Positions 31,590-47,295 are shown, counted from the first letter of the stretch. The stretch: DNA of 64,000 nt from Eledone cirrhosa (GCA_964016885.1 OZ024741.1:415896001-415960000), one strand, 5' to 3'. Notes: a model not told the origin generated them from the letters alone. Program-made: numbers and translations.

Positions 31590-33735
31590 TCTGTTATCTT
31601 AACTGAGGTCTCTGTTATATTAACTGGGCTATGTTATATTAACTGGGGTCTCTGTTATATTAACTGAAGTCTGTTATCTTAACTGGGGTCTCTGTTATAT
31701 TAACTGGGTTCTCTGTTATATTTTACTGGGGTCTGTTATTAACTGGGGCCTCTATTATATTAACTGAGGTCTCTGTTATATTAACTGGAGTCTCTGTTAT
31801 ATTAACTGGGTCTCTGTTATATTAAATGGCGTCTGTTATATTAACTGGGGTCTCTGTTATATTAACTGGGGTCTCTGTTATATTAACTGGGGCCTCTGTT
31901 ATATTAACTGAGGTCTCTGTTATATTAACTGGGGTCTCTGTTATATTAACTGGGGCCTATATTATATTAACTGGGGTCGCTGTTATATTAATTGGGGTCT
32001 CTGTTATATTAACTGGGGTCTCTGTTATATTAAATGGGGCCTCTATTATATTAACTGAGGCCTCTGTTATATTAACTGGGGTCTCTGTTATATTAACTGG
32101 GGTCTCTGTTATATTAACTAGGGCCTCTATTATATTAACTGAGGCCTCTGTTATATTAACTGGGGTCTCTGTTATATTAACTGGGTTCAGTTATACTAAC
32201 TGGGGCCTCTGTTATATTAACTGCGGCCTCTGTTATATTAACTGGGGTCTCTGTAATATTAACTGGGGTCTCTGTCATGTTAACTGGGGTATGTTATATT
32301 AACTGGGACCTCTGTTATATTAACTGGGGCCTCTATTATAGTAACTGGGGCCTCTGTTATATTAACTGGGGTCTCTGTTATATTAACTGGGTTCAGTTAT
32401 ATTAACTGGGGCCTCTGTTATATTAACTGGGGCCTCTATTATAGTAACTGGGGCCTCTGTTATATTAACTGTTGTCTCTGTTATATTAACTGGGGTCTCT
32501 GTTATATTAACTGGGGTCTCTATTATATTAACTGGGGTCTCTGTTATATTAACAGGGGTCTCTGTTATATTAACTGGGGTCTCTGTTATATTAACTGGGG
32601 TCTCTGTTATATTAACTGGGGTCTCTGTTATATTAACTGGGGTATGTTATATTAACTGGGGTCTCTGTTATCTTAACTGAGGTCTCTGTTATATTAACTG
32701 GGCTATGTTATATTAACTGGGGTCTCTGTTATATTAACTGAGGTCTGTTATCTTAACTGGGGTCTCTGTTATATTAACTGGGTTCTCTGTTATATTTTAC
32801 TGGGGTCTGTTATTAACTGGGGCCTCTATTATATTAACTGAGGTCTCTGTTATATTAACTGGAGTCTCTGTTATATTAACTGGGTCTCTGTTATATTAAA
32901 TGGCGTCTGTTATATTAACTGGGGTCTCTGTTATATTAACTGGGGTCTCTGTTATATTAACTGGGGCCTCTGTTATATTAACTGAGGTCTCTGTTATATT
33001 AACTGGGGTCTCTGTTATATTAACTGGGGCCTATATTATATTAACTGGGGTCGCTGTTATATTAATTGGGGTCTCTGTTATATTAACTGGGGTCTCTGTT
33101 ATATTAAATGGGGCCTCTATTATATTAACTGAGGCCTCTGTTATATTAACTGGGGTCTCTGTTATATTAACTGGGGTCTCTGTTATATTAACTAGGGCCT
33201 CTATTATATTAACTGAGGCCTCTGTTATATTAACTGGGGTCTCTGTTATATTAACTGGGTTCAGTTATATTAACTGGGGCCTCTGTTATATTAACTGCGG
33301 CCTCTGTTATATTAACTGGGGTCTCTGTAATATTAACTGGGGTCTCTGTCATGTTAACTGGGGTATGTTATATTAACTGGGACCTCTGTTATATTAACTG
33401 GGGCCTCTATTATAGTAACTGGGGCCTCTGTTATATTAACTGGGGTCTCTGTTATATTAACTGGGTTCAGTTATATTAACTGGGGCCTCTGTTATATTAA
33501 CTGGGGCCTCTATTATAGTAACTGGGGCCTCTGTTATATTAACTGGGGTCTCTGTTATATTAACTGGGGTCTCTGTTATATTAACTGGGGTCTCTATTAT
33601 ATTAACTGTGGTCTCTGTTATATTAACAGGGGTCTCTGTTATATTAACTGGGGTCTCTGTTATATTAACTGGGGTCTCTGTTATATTAACTGGGGTCTCT
33701 GTTATATTAACTGGGGTATGTTATATTAACTGGGG
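31590..33735. repeat. 1074-bp local tandem duplication of the front part of a B-type HOR unit
   Basis: Landmarks at 31826/32900. The rare CTGCGGCCTC variant occurs at about 32221 and 33295. Confidence 0.83.
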
Positions 33736-36700
33736 TCTCTGTTATATTAACTGGGGTCTCTGTTATATTAACAGAGGTATCGTATATTAACTGGGGTCTC
33801 TGTTATATTAACTGGGGCCTCTATTATATTAGCTGGGGCCTCTGTTATATTAACTGGGGTCTCTGTTATATTAACTGAGGTCTCTGTAATATTAACTGGG
33901 GCCTCTATTATATTAACTGGGGTCTCTGTTATATTAACTGGGGCCTCTATTATATTAACTGAGGTCTCTGTTATATTAACTGGGGTCTGTTATTAACTGG
34001 GGCCTCTATTATATTAACTGAGGTCTCTGTTATATTAACTGGGGTCTGTTATTAACTGGGGCCTCTATTATATTAACTGAGGTCTCTGTTATATTAACTG
34101 GGGTCTGTTATTAACTGGGGCCTCTATTATATTAACTGAGGTCTCTGTTATATTAACTGGGGTCTGTTATTAACTGGGGTCTCTATTATATTAACTGGGG
34201 TCTCTGTTATATTAACTGGGGTCTATGTTATATTAACTGGGGTCTGTTATATTAACTGGGGTCTCTGTTATATTAACTGGTGTCTCTGTTATATTAACTG
34301 GGGTCTGTTATCTTAACTGAGGTCTCTGTTATATTAACTGGGCTCTGTTATATTAACTGGTGTCTCTGTTATATTAACTGGGGTCTGTTATCTTAACTGG
34401 GGTCTCTGTTATATTAACTGGGTTCTCTGTTATATTAACTGGGGTCTGTTATTAACTGGGGCCTCTATTATATTAACTGAGGTCTCTGTTATATTAACTG
34501 GAGTCTCTGTTATATTAACTGGGTCTCTGTTATATTAAATGGCGTCTGTTATATTAACTGGGGTCTCTGTTATATTAACTGGGGTCTCTGTTATATTAAC
34601 TGGGGTCTCTGTTATATTAACTGGGGCCTCTATTATATTAACTGGGGTCGCTGTTATATTAAATGGGGTCTCTGTTATATTAACTGGGGTCTCTGTTATA
34701 TTAAATGGGGCCTCTATTATATTAACTGGGGCCTCTGTTATATTAACTGGGGTCTCTGTTATATTAACTGGGGTCTCTGTTATATTTACTAGGGCCTCTA
34801 TTATATTAACTGGGGCCTCTGTTATATTAACTGGGGTCGCTGTTATATTAACTGGGTTCAGTTATATTAACTGGGGTCTCTGTTATATTAACTGGGGTCT
34901 CTGTTATATTAACTGGGGTCTCTGTCATGTTAACTGGGGTATGTTATATTAACTGGGGCCTCTGTTATATTAACTGGGGCCTCTATTATAGTAACTGAAG
35001 CCTCTGTTATATTAACTGGGGTCTCTGTTATATTAACTGGGGTCTCTGTTATATTAACTGGGGTCTCTATTATATTAACTGGGGTCTCTGTTATATTAAC
35101 AGGGGTCTCTGTTATATTAACAGGGGTCTCTGTTATATAAACTGGGGTCTCTGTTATATTAACTGGGGTCTGTTATATTAACTGGGGTCTCTGTTATATT
35201 AACTGGGGTCTCTGTCATATTAACTGGGTTATGTTATATTAACTGGGGTCTCTGTTATATTAACTGGGGTCTCTGTTATATTAACTGGGGTATCGTATAT
35301 TAACTGGGGTCTCTGTTATATTAACTGGGGCCTCTATTATATTAGCTGGGGCCACTGTTATGTTAACTGGGGTCTCTGTTATAATAACTGGGTTCAGTTA
35401 TATTAACTGGGGTCTCTGTTATATTAACTGAGGTCTCTGTAATATTAACTGGGGCCTCTATTATATTAACTGGGGTCTCTGTTATATTAACAGGGGTCTC
35501 TGTTATATTAACAGGGGTCTCTGTTATATTAACTGGGGTCTCTGTTATATTATCTGGGGTCTGTTATATTAACTGGGGTCTCTGTTATATTAACTGGGGT
35601 CTCTGTTATATTAACTGGGGTCTCTGTTATATTAACAGAGGTATCGTATATTAACTGGGGTCTCTGTTATATTAACTGGGGCCTCTATTATATTAGCTGG
35701 GGCCTCTGTTATATTAACTGGGGTCTCTGTTATATTAACTGGGGTCTCTGTTATATTAACTGGGGTCTCTATTATATTAACTGGGGTCTCTGTTATATTA
35801 ACAGGGGTCTCTGTTATATTAACTGGGGTCTCTGTTATATTAACTGGGGTCTCTGTTATATTAACTGGGGTCTCTGTTATATTAACTGGGGTATGTTATA
35901 TTAACTGGGGTCTCTGTTATATTAACTGGGGTCTCTGTTATATTAACAGAGGTATCGTATATTAACTGGGGTCTCTGTTATATTAACTGGGGCCTCTATT
36001 ATATTAGCTGGGGCCTCTGTTATATTAACTGGGGTCTCTGTTATATTAACTGAGGTCTCTGTAATATTAACTGGGGCCTCTATTATATTAACTGGGGTCT
36101 CTGTTATATTAACTGGGGCCTCTATTATATTAACTGAGGTCTCTGTTATATTAACTGGGGTCTGTTATTAACTGGGGCCTCTATTATATTAACTGAGGTC
36201 TCTGTTATATTAACTGGGGTCTGTTATTAACTGGGGCCTCTATTATATTAACTGAGGTCTCTGTTATATTAACTGGGGTCTGTTATTAACTGGGGCCTCT
36301 ATTATATTAACTGAGGTCTCTGTTATATTAACTGGGGTCTGTTATTAACTGGGGTCTCTATTATATTAACTGGGGTCTCTGTTATATTAACTGGGGTCTA
36401 TGTTATATTAACTGGGGTCTGTTATATTAACTGGGGTCTCTGTTATATTAACTGGTGTCTCTGTTATATTAACTGGGGTCTGTTATCTTAACTGAGGTCT
36501 CTGTTATATTAACTGGGCTCTGTTATATTAACTGGTGTCTCTGTTATATTAACTGGGGTCTGTTATCTTAACTGGGGTCTCTGTTATATTAACTGGGTTC
36601 TCTGTTATATTAACTGGGGTCTGTTATTAACTGGGGCCTCTATTATATTAACTGAGGTCTCTGTTATATTAACTGGAGTCTCTGTTATATTAACTGGGTC

Positions 36701-39700
36701 TCTGTTATATTAAATGGCGTCTGTTATATTAACTGGGGTCTCTGTTATATTAACTGGGGTCTCTGTTATATTAACTGGGGTCTCTGTTATATTAACTGGG
36801 GTCTCTGTTATATTAACTGGGGCCTCTATTATATTAACTGGGGTCGCTGTTATATTAAATGGGGTCTCTGTTATATTAACTGGGGTCTCTGTTATATTAA
36901 ATGGGGCCTCTATTATATTAACTGGGGCCTCTGTTATATTAACTGGGGTCTCTGTTATATTAACTGGGGTCTCTGTTATATTTACTAGGGCCTCTATTAT
37001 ATTAACTGGGGCCTCTGTTATATTAACTGGGGTCGCTGTTATATTAACTGGGTTCAGTTATATTAACTGGGGTCTCTGTTATATTAACTGGGGTCTCTGT
37101 TATATTAACTGGGGTCTCTGTCATGTTAACTGGGGTATGTTATATTAACTGGGGCCTCTGTTATATTAACTGGGGCCTCTATTATAGTAACTGAAGCCTC
37201 TGTTATATTAACTGGGGTCTCTGTTATATTAACTGGGGTCTCTGTTATATTAACTGGGGTCTCTATTATATTAACTGGGGTCTCTGTTATATTAACAGGG
37301 GTCTCTGTTATATTAACAGGGGTCTCTGTTATATAAACTGGGGCCTCTGTTATATTAACTGGGGTCTGTTATATTAACTGGGGTCTCTGTTATATTAACT
37401 GGGGTCTCTGTCATATTAACTGGGTTATGTTATATTAACTGGGGTCTCTGTTATATTAACTGGGGTCTCTGTTATATTAACTGGGGTATCGTATATTAAC
37501 TGGGGTCTCTGTTATATTAACTGGGGCCTCTATTATATTAGCTGGGGCCACTGTTATGTTAACTGGGGTCTCTGTTATAATAACTGGGTTCAGTTATATT
37601 AACTGGGGTCTCTGTTATATTAACTGAGGTCTCTGTAATATTAACTGGGGCCTCTATTATATTAACTGGGGTCTCTGTTATATTAACAGGGGTCTCTGTT
37701 ATATTAACAGGGGTCTCTGTTATATTAACTGGGGTCTCTGTTATATTAACTGGGGTCTCTGTTATATTAACTGGGGTATGTTATATTAACTGAGGTCTCT
37801 GTTATATTAACTGGGGTCTGTTATTAACTGGGGCCTCTATTATATTAACTGAGGTCTCTGTTATATTAACTGGGGTCTGTTATTAACTGGGGCCTCTATT
37901 ATATTAACTGAGGTCTCTGTTATATTAACTGGGGTCTGTTATTAACTGGGGTCTCTATTATATTAACTGGGGTCTCTGTTATATTAACTGGGGTCTCTGT
38001 TATATTAACTGGGGTCTGTTATATTAACAGGGGTCTCTGTTATATTAACTGGTGTCTCCTTTATATTAACTGGGGTCTGTTATCTTAACTGAGGTCTCTG
38101 TTATATTAACTGGGCTCTGTTATATTAACTGGTGTCTCTGTTATATTAACTGAGGTCTGTTATCTTAACTGGGGTCTCTGTTATATTAACTGGGTTCTCT
38201 GTTATATTAACTGGGGTCTGTTATTAACTGGGGCCTCTATTATATTAACTGAGGTCTCTGTTATATTAACTGGAGTCTCTGTTATATTAACTGGGGTCTG
38301 TTATTAACTGGGGCCTCTATTATATTAACTGAGGTCTCTTTTATATTAACTGGGGTCTGTTATTATCTGGGGCCTCTATTATATTAACTGAGGTCTCTGT
38401 TATATTAACTGGGGTCTGTTATTAACTGGGGCCTCTATTATATTAACTGGGGTCTCTGTTATATTAACTGGGGTCTCTGTTATATTAACTGGGGTCTATT
38501 ATATTAACTGGGGTCTCTGTTATATTAAGTGGGGTCTCTTTTATATTAACTGGGGTCTGTTATCTTAACTGAGGTCTCTGTTATATTAACTGGGCTATGT
38601 TATATTAACTGGGGTCTCTGTTATATTAACTGAGGTCTGTTATCTTAACTGGGGTCTCTGTTATATTAACTGGGTTCTCTGTTATATTTTACTGGGGTCT
38701 GTTATTAACTGGGGCCTCTATTATATTAACTGAGGTCTCTGTTATATTAACTGGAGTCTCTGTTATATTAACTGGGTCTCTGTTATATTAAATGGCGTCT
38801 GTTATATTAACTGGGGTCTCTGTTATATTAACTGGGGTCTCTGTTATATTAACTGGGGCCTCTGTTATATTAACTGAGGTCTCTGTTATATTAACTGGGG
38901 TCTCTGTTATATTAACTGGGGCCTATATTATATTAACTGGGGTCGCTGTTATATTAATTGGGGTCTCTGTTATATTAACTGGGGTCTCTGTTATATTAAA
39001 TGGGGCCTCTATTATATTAACTGAGGCCTCTGTTATATTAACTGGGGTCTCTGTTATATTAACTGGGGTCTCTGTTATATTAACTAGGGCCTCTATTATA
39101 TTAACTGAGGCCTCTGTTATATTAACTGGGGTCTCTGTTATATTAACTGGGTTCAGTTATATTAACTGGGGCCTCTGTTATATTAACTGCGGCCTCTGTT
39201 ATATTAACTGGGGTCTCTGTAATATTAACTGGGGTCTCTGTCATGTTAACTGGGGTATGTTATATTAACTGGGACCTCTGTTATATTAACTGGGGCCTCT
39301 ATTATAGTAACTGGGGCCTCTGTTATATTAACTGGGGTCTCTGTTATATTAACTGGGTTCAGTTATATTAACTGGGGCCTCTGTTATATTAACTGGGGCC
39401 TCTATTATAGTAACTGGGGCCTCTGTTATATTAACTGGGGTCTCTGTTATATTAACTGGGGTCTCTGTTATATTAACTGGGGTCTCTATTATATTAACTG
39501 GGGTCTCTGTTATATTAACAGGGGTCTCTGTTATTTTAACTGGGGTCTCTGATATATTAACTGGGGTCTCTGTTATATTAACTGGGGTCTCTGTTATATT
39601 AACTGGGGTATGTTATATTAACTGGGGTCTCTGTTATATTAACTGGGGTCTCTGTTATATTAACAGAGGTATCGTATATTAACTGGGGTCTCTGTTATAT

Positions 39701-42700
39701 TAACTGGGGCCTCTATTATATTAGCTGGGGCCTCTGTTATATTAACTGGGGTCTCTGTTATATTAACTGAGGTCTCTGTAATATTAACTGGGGCCTCTAT
39801 TATATTAACTGGGGTCTCTGTTATATTAACTGGGGCCTCTATTATATTAACTGAGGTCTCTGTTATATTAACTGGGGTCTGTTATTAACTGGGGCCTCTA
39901 TTATATTAACTGAGGTCTCTGTTATATTAACTGGGGTCTGTTATTAACTGGGGCCTCTATTATATTAACTGAGGTCTCTGTTATATTAACTGGGGTCTGT
40001 TATTAACTGGGGCCTCTATTATATTAACTGAGGTCTCTGTTATATTAACTGGGGTCTGTTATTAACTGGGGTCTCTATTATATTAACTGGGGTCTCTGTT
40101 ATATTAACTGGGGTCTATGTTATATTAACTGGGGTCTGTTATATTAACTGGGGTCTCTGTTATATTAACTGGTGTCTCTGTTATATTAACTGGGGTCTGT
40201 TATCTTAACTGAGGTCTCTGTTATATTAACTGGGCTCTGTTATATTAACTGGTGTCTCTGTTATATTAACTGGGGTCTGTTATCTTAACTGGGGTCTCTG
40301 TTATATTAACTGGGTTCTCTGTTATATTAACTGGGGTCTGTTATTAACTGGGGCCTCTATTATATTAACTGAGGTCTCTGTTATATTAACTGGAGTCTCT
40401 GTTATATTAACTGGGTCTCTGTTATATTAAATGGCGTCTGTTATATTAACTGGGGTCTCTGTTATATTAACTGGGGTCTCTGTTATATTAACTGGGGTCT
40501 CTGTTATATTAACTGGGGTCTCTGTTATATTAACTGGGGCCTCTATTATATTAACTGGGGTCGCTGTTATATTAAATGGGGTCTCTGTTATATTAACTGG
40601 GGTCTCTGTTATATTAAATGGGGCCTCTATTATATTAACTGGGGCCTCTGTTATATTAACTGGGGTCTCTGTTATATTAACTGGGGTCTCTGTTATATTA
40701 ACTAGGGCCTCTATTATATTAACTGGGGCCTCTGTTATATTAACTGGGGTCGCTGTTATATTAACTGGGTTCAGTTATATTAACTGGGGTCTCTGTTATA
40801 TTAACTGGGGTCTCTGTTATATTAACTGGGGTCTCTGTCATGTTAACTGGGGTATGTTATATTAACTGGGGCCTCTGTTATATTAACTGGGGCCTCTATT
40901 ATAGTAACTGAAGCCTCTGTTATATTAACTGGGGTCTCTGTTATATTAACTGGGGTCTCTGTTATATTAACTGGGGTCTCTATTATATTAACTGGGGTCT
41001 CTGTTATATTAACAGGGGTCTCTGTTATATTAACAGGGGTCTCTGTTATATAAACTGGGGTCTCTGTTATATTAACTGGGGTCTGTTATATTAACTGGGG
41101 TCTCTGTTATATTAACTGGGGTCTCTGTCATATTAACTGGGTTATGTTATATTAACTGGGGTCTCTGTTATATTAACTGGGGTCTCTGTTATATTAACTG
41201 GGGTATCGTATATTAACTGGGGTCTCTGTTATATTAACTGGGGCCTCTATTATATTAGCTGGGGCCACTGTTATGTTAACTGGGGTCTCTGTTATAATAA
41301 CTGGGTTCAGTTATATTAACTGGGGTCTCTGTTATATTAACTGAGGTCTCTGTAATATTAACTGGGGCCTCTATTATATTAACTGGGGTCTCTGTTATAT
41401 TAACAGGGGTCTCTGTTATATTAACAGGGGTCTCTGTTATATTAACTGGGGTCTCTGTTATATTATCTGGGGTCTGTTATATTAACTGGGGTCTCTGTTA
41501 TATTAACTGGGGTCTCTGTTATATTAACTGGGGTCTCTGTTATATTAACAGAGGTATCGTATATTAACTGGGGTCTCTGTTATATTAACTGGGGCCTCTA
41601 TTATATTAGCTGGGGCCTCTGTTATATTAACTGGGGTCTCTGTTATATTAACTGGGGTCTCTGTTATATTAACTGGGGTCTCTATTATATTAACTGGGGT
41701 CTCTGTTATATTAACAGGGGTCTCTGTTATATTAACTGGGGTCTCTGTTATATTAACTGGGGTCTCTGTTATATTAACTGGGGTCTCTGTTATATTAACT
41801 GGGGTATGTTATATTAACTGGGGTCTCTGTTATATTAACTGGGGTCTCTGTTATATTAACAGAGGTATCGTATATTAACTGGGGTCTCTGTTATATTAAC
41901 TGGGGCCTCTATTATATTAGCTGGGGCCTCTGTTATATTAACTGGGGTCTCTGTTATATTAACTGAGGTCTCTGTAATATTAACTGGGGCCTCTATTATA
42001 TTAACTGGGGTCTCTGTTATATTAACTGGGGCCTCTATTATATTAACTGAGGTCTCTGTTATATTAACTGGGGTCTGTTATTAACTGGGGCCTCTATTAT
42101 ATTAACTGAGGTCTCTGTTATATTAACTGGGGTCTGTTATTAACTGGGGCCTCTATTATATTAACTGAGGTCTCTGTTATATTAACTGGGGTCTGTTATT
42201 AACTGGGGCCTCTATTATATTAACTGAGGTCTCTGTTATATTAACTGGGGTCTGTTATTAACTGGGGTCTCTATTATATTAACTGGGGTCTCTGTTATAT
42301 TAACTGGGGTCTATGTTATATTAACTGGGGTCTGTTATATTAACTGGGGTCTCTGTTATATTAACTGGTGTCTCTGTTATATTAACTGGGGTCTGTTATC
42401 TTAACTGAGGTCTCTGTTATATTAACTGGGCTCTGTTATATTAACTGGTGTCTCTGTTATATTAACTGGGGTCTGTTATCTTAACTGGGGTCTCTGTTAT
42501 ATTAACTGGGTTCTCTGTTATATTAACTGGGGTCTGTTATTAACTGGGGCCTCTATTATATTAACTGAGGTCTCTGTTATATTAACTGGAGTCTCTGTTA
42601 TATTAACTGGGTCTCTGTTATATTAAATGGCGTCTGTTATATTAACTGGGGTCTCTGTTATATTAACTGGGGTCTCTGTTATATTAACTGGGGTCTCTGT

Positions 42701-45700
42701 TATATTAACTGGGGTCTCTGTTATATTAACTGGGGCCTCTATTATATTAACTGGGGTCGCTGTTATATTAAATGGGGTCTCTGTTATATTAACTGGGGTC
42801 TCTGTTATATTAAATGGGGCCTCTATTATATTAACTGGGGCCTCTGTTATATTAACTGGGGTCTCTGTTATATTAACTGGGGTCTCTGTTATATTTACTA
42901 GGGCCTCTATTATATTAACTGGGGCCTCTGTTATATTAACTGGGGTCGCTGTTATATTAACTGGGTTCAGTTATATTAACTGGGGTCTCTGTTATATTAA
43001 CTGGGGTCTCTGTTATATTAACTGGGGTCTCTGTCATGTTAACTGGGGTATGTTATATTAACTGGGGCCTCTGTTATATTAACTGGGGCCTCTATTATAG
43101 TAACTGAAGCCTCTGTTATATTAACTGGGGTCTCTGTTATATTAACTGGGGTCTCTGTTATATTAACTGGGGTCTCTGTTATATTAACAGGGGTCTCTGT
43201 TATATTAACAGGGGTCTCTGTTATATAAACTGGGGTCTCTGTTATATTAACTGGGGTCTGTTATATTAACTGGGGTCTCTGTTATATTAACTGGGGTCTC
43301 TGTCATATTAACTGGGTTATGTTATATTAACTGGGGTCTCTGTTATATTAACTGGGGTCTCTGTTATATTAACTGGGGTATCGTATATTAACTGGGGTCT
43401 CTGTTATATTAACTGGGGCCTCTATTATATTAGCTGGGGCCACTGTTATGTTAACTGGGGTCTCTGTTATAATAACTGGGTTCAGTTATATTAACTGGGG
43501 TCTCTGTTATATTAACTGAGGTCTCTGTAATATTAACTGGGGCCTCTATTATATTAACTGGGGTCTCTGTTATATTAACAGGGGTCTCTGTTATATTAAC
43601 AGGGGTCTCTGTTATATTAACTGGGGTCTCTGTTATATTAACTGGGGTCTCTGTTATATTAACTGGGGTATGTTATATTAACTGAGGTCTCTGTTATATT
43701 AACTGGGGTCTGTTATTAACTGGGGCCTCTATTATATTAACTGAGGTCTCTGTTATATTAACTGGGGTCTGTTATTAACTGGGGCCTCTATTATATTAAC
43801 TGAGGTCTATGTTATATTAACTGGGGTCTGTTATTAACTGGGGTCTCTATTATATTAACTGGGGTCTCTGTTATATTAACTGGGGTCTCTGTTATATTAA
43901 CTGGGGTCTGTTATATTAACAGGGGTCTCTGTTATATTAACTGGTGTCTCTTTTATATTAACTGGGGTCTGTTATCTTAACTGAGGTCTCTGTTATATTA
44001 ACTGGGCTCTGTTATATTAACTGGTGTCTCTGTTATATTAACTGAGGTCTGTTATCTTAACTGGGGTCTCTGTTATATTAACTGGGTTCTCTGTTATATT
44101 AACTGGGGTCTGTTATTAACTGGGGCCTCTATTATATTAACTGAGGTCTCTGTTATATTAACTGGAGTCTCTGTTATATTAACTGGGGTCTGTTATTAAC
44201 TGGGGCCTCTATTATATTAACTGAGGTCTCTTTTATATTAACTGGGGTCTGTTATTATCTGGGGCCTCTATTATATTAACTGAGGTCTCTGTTATATTAA
44301 CTGGGGTCTGTTATTAACTGGGGCCTCTATTATATTAACTGGGGTCTCTGTTATATTAACTGGGGTCTCTGTTATATTAACTGGGGTCTATTATATTAAC
44401 TGGGGTCTCTGTTATATTAAGTGGGGTCTCTTTTATATTAACTGGGGTCTGTTATCTTAACTGAGGTCTCTGTTATATTAACTGGGCTATGTTATATTAA
44501 CTGGGGTCTCTGTTATATTAACTGAGGTCTGTTATCTTAACTGGGGTCTCTGTTATATTAACTGGGTTCTCTGTTATATTTTACTGGGGTCTGTTATTAA
44601 CTGGGGCCTCTATTATATTAACTGAGGTCTCTGTTATATTAACTGGAGTCTCTGTTATATTAACTGGGTCTCTGTTATATTAAATGGCGTCTGTTATATT
44701 AACTGGGGTCTCTGTTATATTAACTGGGGTCTCTGTTATATTAACTGGGGCCTCTGTTATATTAACTGAGGTCTCTGTTATATTAACTGGGGTCTCTGTT
44801 ATATTAACTGGGGCCTATATTATATTAACTGGGGTCGCTGTTATATTAATTGGGGTCTCTGTTATATTAACTGGGGTCTCTGTTATATTAAATGGGGCCT
44901 CTATTATATTAACTGAGGCCTCTGTTATATTAACTGGGGTCTCTGTTATATTAACTGGGGTCTCTGTTATATTAACTAGGGCCTCTATTATATTAACTGA
45001 GGCCTCTGTTATATTAACTGGGGTCTCTGTTATATTAACTGGGTTCAGTTATATTAACTGGGGCCTCTGTTATATTAACTGCGGCCTCTGTTATATTAAC
45101 TGGGGTCTCTGTAATATTAACTGGGGTCTCTGTCATGTTAACTGGGGTATGTTATATTAACTGGGACCTCTGTTATATTAACTGGGGCCTCTATTATAGT
45201 AACTGGGGCCTCTGTTATATTAACTGGGGTCTCTGTTATATTAACTGGGTTCAGTTATATTAACTGGGGCCTCTGTTATATTAACTGGGGCCTCTATTAT
45301 AGTAACTGGGGCCTCTGTTATATTAACTGGGGTCTCTGTTATATTAACTGGGGTCTCTGTTATATTAACTGGGGTCTCTATTATATTAACTGGGGTCTCT
45401 GTTATATTAACAGGGGTCTCTGTTATTTTAACTGGGGTCTCTGATATATTAACTGGGGTCTCTGTTATATTAACTGGGGTCTCTGTTATATTAACTGGGG
45501 TATGTTATATTAACTGGGGTCTCTGTTATATTAACTGGGGTCTCTGTTATATTAACAGAGGTATCGTATATTAACTGGGGTCTCTGTTATATTAACTGGG
45601 GCCTCTATTATATTAGCTGGGGCCTCTGTTATATTAACTGGGGTCTCTGTTATATTAACTGAGGTCTCTGTAATATTAACTGGGGCCTCTATTATATTAA

Positions 45701-47295
45701 CTGGGGTCTCTGTTATATTAACTGGGGCCTCTATTATATTAACTGAGGTCTCTGTTATATTAACTGGGGTCTGTTATTAACTGGGGCCTCTATTATATTA
45801 ACTGAGGTCTCTGTTATATTAACTGGGGTCTGTTATTAACTGGGGCCTCTATTATATTAACTGAGGTCTCTGTTATATTAACTGGGGTCTGTTATTAACT
45901 GGGGCCTCTATTATATTAACTGAGGTCTCTGTTATATTAACTGGGGTCTGTTATTAACTGGGGTCTCTATTATATTAACTGGGGTCTCTGTTATATTAAC
46001 TGGGGTCTATGTTATATTAACTGGGGTCTGTTATATTAACTGGGGTCTCTGTTATATTAACTGGTGTCTCTGTTATATTAACTGCGGTCTGTTATCTTAA
46101 CTGAGGTCTCTGTTATATTAACTGGGCTCTGTTATATTAACTGGTGTCTCTGTTATATTAACTGGGGTCTGTTATCTTAACTGGGGTCTCTGTTATATTA
46201 ACTGGGTTCTCTGTTATATTAACTGGGGTCTGTTATTAACTGGGGCCTCTATTATATTAACTGAGGTCTCTGTTATATTAACTGGAGTCTCTGTTATATT
46301 AACTGGGTCTCTGTTATATTAAATGGCGTCTGTTATATTAACTGGGGTCTCTGTTATATTAACTGGGGTCTCTGTTATATTAACTGGGGTCTCTGTTATA
46401 TTAACTGGGGTCTCTGTTATATTAACTGGGGCCTCTATTATATTAACTGGGGTCGCTGTTATATTAAATGGGGTCTCTGTTATATTAACTGGGGTCTCTG
46501 TTATATTAAATGGGGCCTCTATTATATTAACTGGGGCCTCTGTTATATTAACTGGGGTCTCTGTTATATTAACTGGGGTCTCTGTTATATTAACTAGGGC
46601 CTCTATTATATTAACTGGGGCCTCTGTTATATTAACTGGGGTCGCTGTTATATTAACTGGGTTCAGTTATATTAACTGGGGTCTCTGTTATATTAACTGG
46701 GGTCTCTGTTATATTAACTGGGGTCTCTGTCATGTTAACTGGGGTATGTTATATTAACTGGGGCCTCTGTTATATTAACTGGGGCCTCTATTATAGTAAC
46801 TGAAGCCTCTGTTATATTAACTGGGGTCTCTGTTATATTAACTGGGGTCTCTGTTATATTAACTGGGGTCTCTATTATATTAACTGGGGTCTCTGTTATA
46901 TTAACAGGGGTCTCTGTTATATTAACAGGGGTCTCTGTTATATAAACTGGGGTCTCTGTTATATTAACTGGGGTCTGTTATATTAACTGGGGTCTCTGTT
47001 ATATTAACTGGGGTCTCTGTCATATTAACTGGGTTATGTTATATTAACTGGGGTCTCTGTTATATTAACTGGGGTCTCTGTTATATTAACTGGGGTATCG
47101 TATATTAACTGGGGTCTCTGTTATATTAACTGGGGCCTCTATTATATTAGCTGGGGCCACTGTTATGTTAACTGGGGTCTCTGTTATAATAACTGGGTTC
47201 AGTTATATTAACTGGGGTCTCTGTTATATTAACTGAGGTCTCTGTAATATTAACTGGGGCCTCTATTATATTAACTGGGGTCTCTGTTATATTAA
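32670..47295. repeat. 5892-bp super-HOR (B-C-C units), about 2.5 tandem copies
   Basis: Landmarks 32900/38792/44684 and 34539/40431/46323 are each exactly 5892 bp apart, and 36714/42627 are 5913 apart (+1 monomer). The private TTATTTTAAC..CTGATATATT doublet occurs at 39531 and 45423. Confidence 0.9.
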
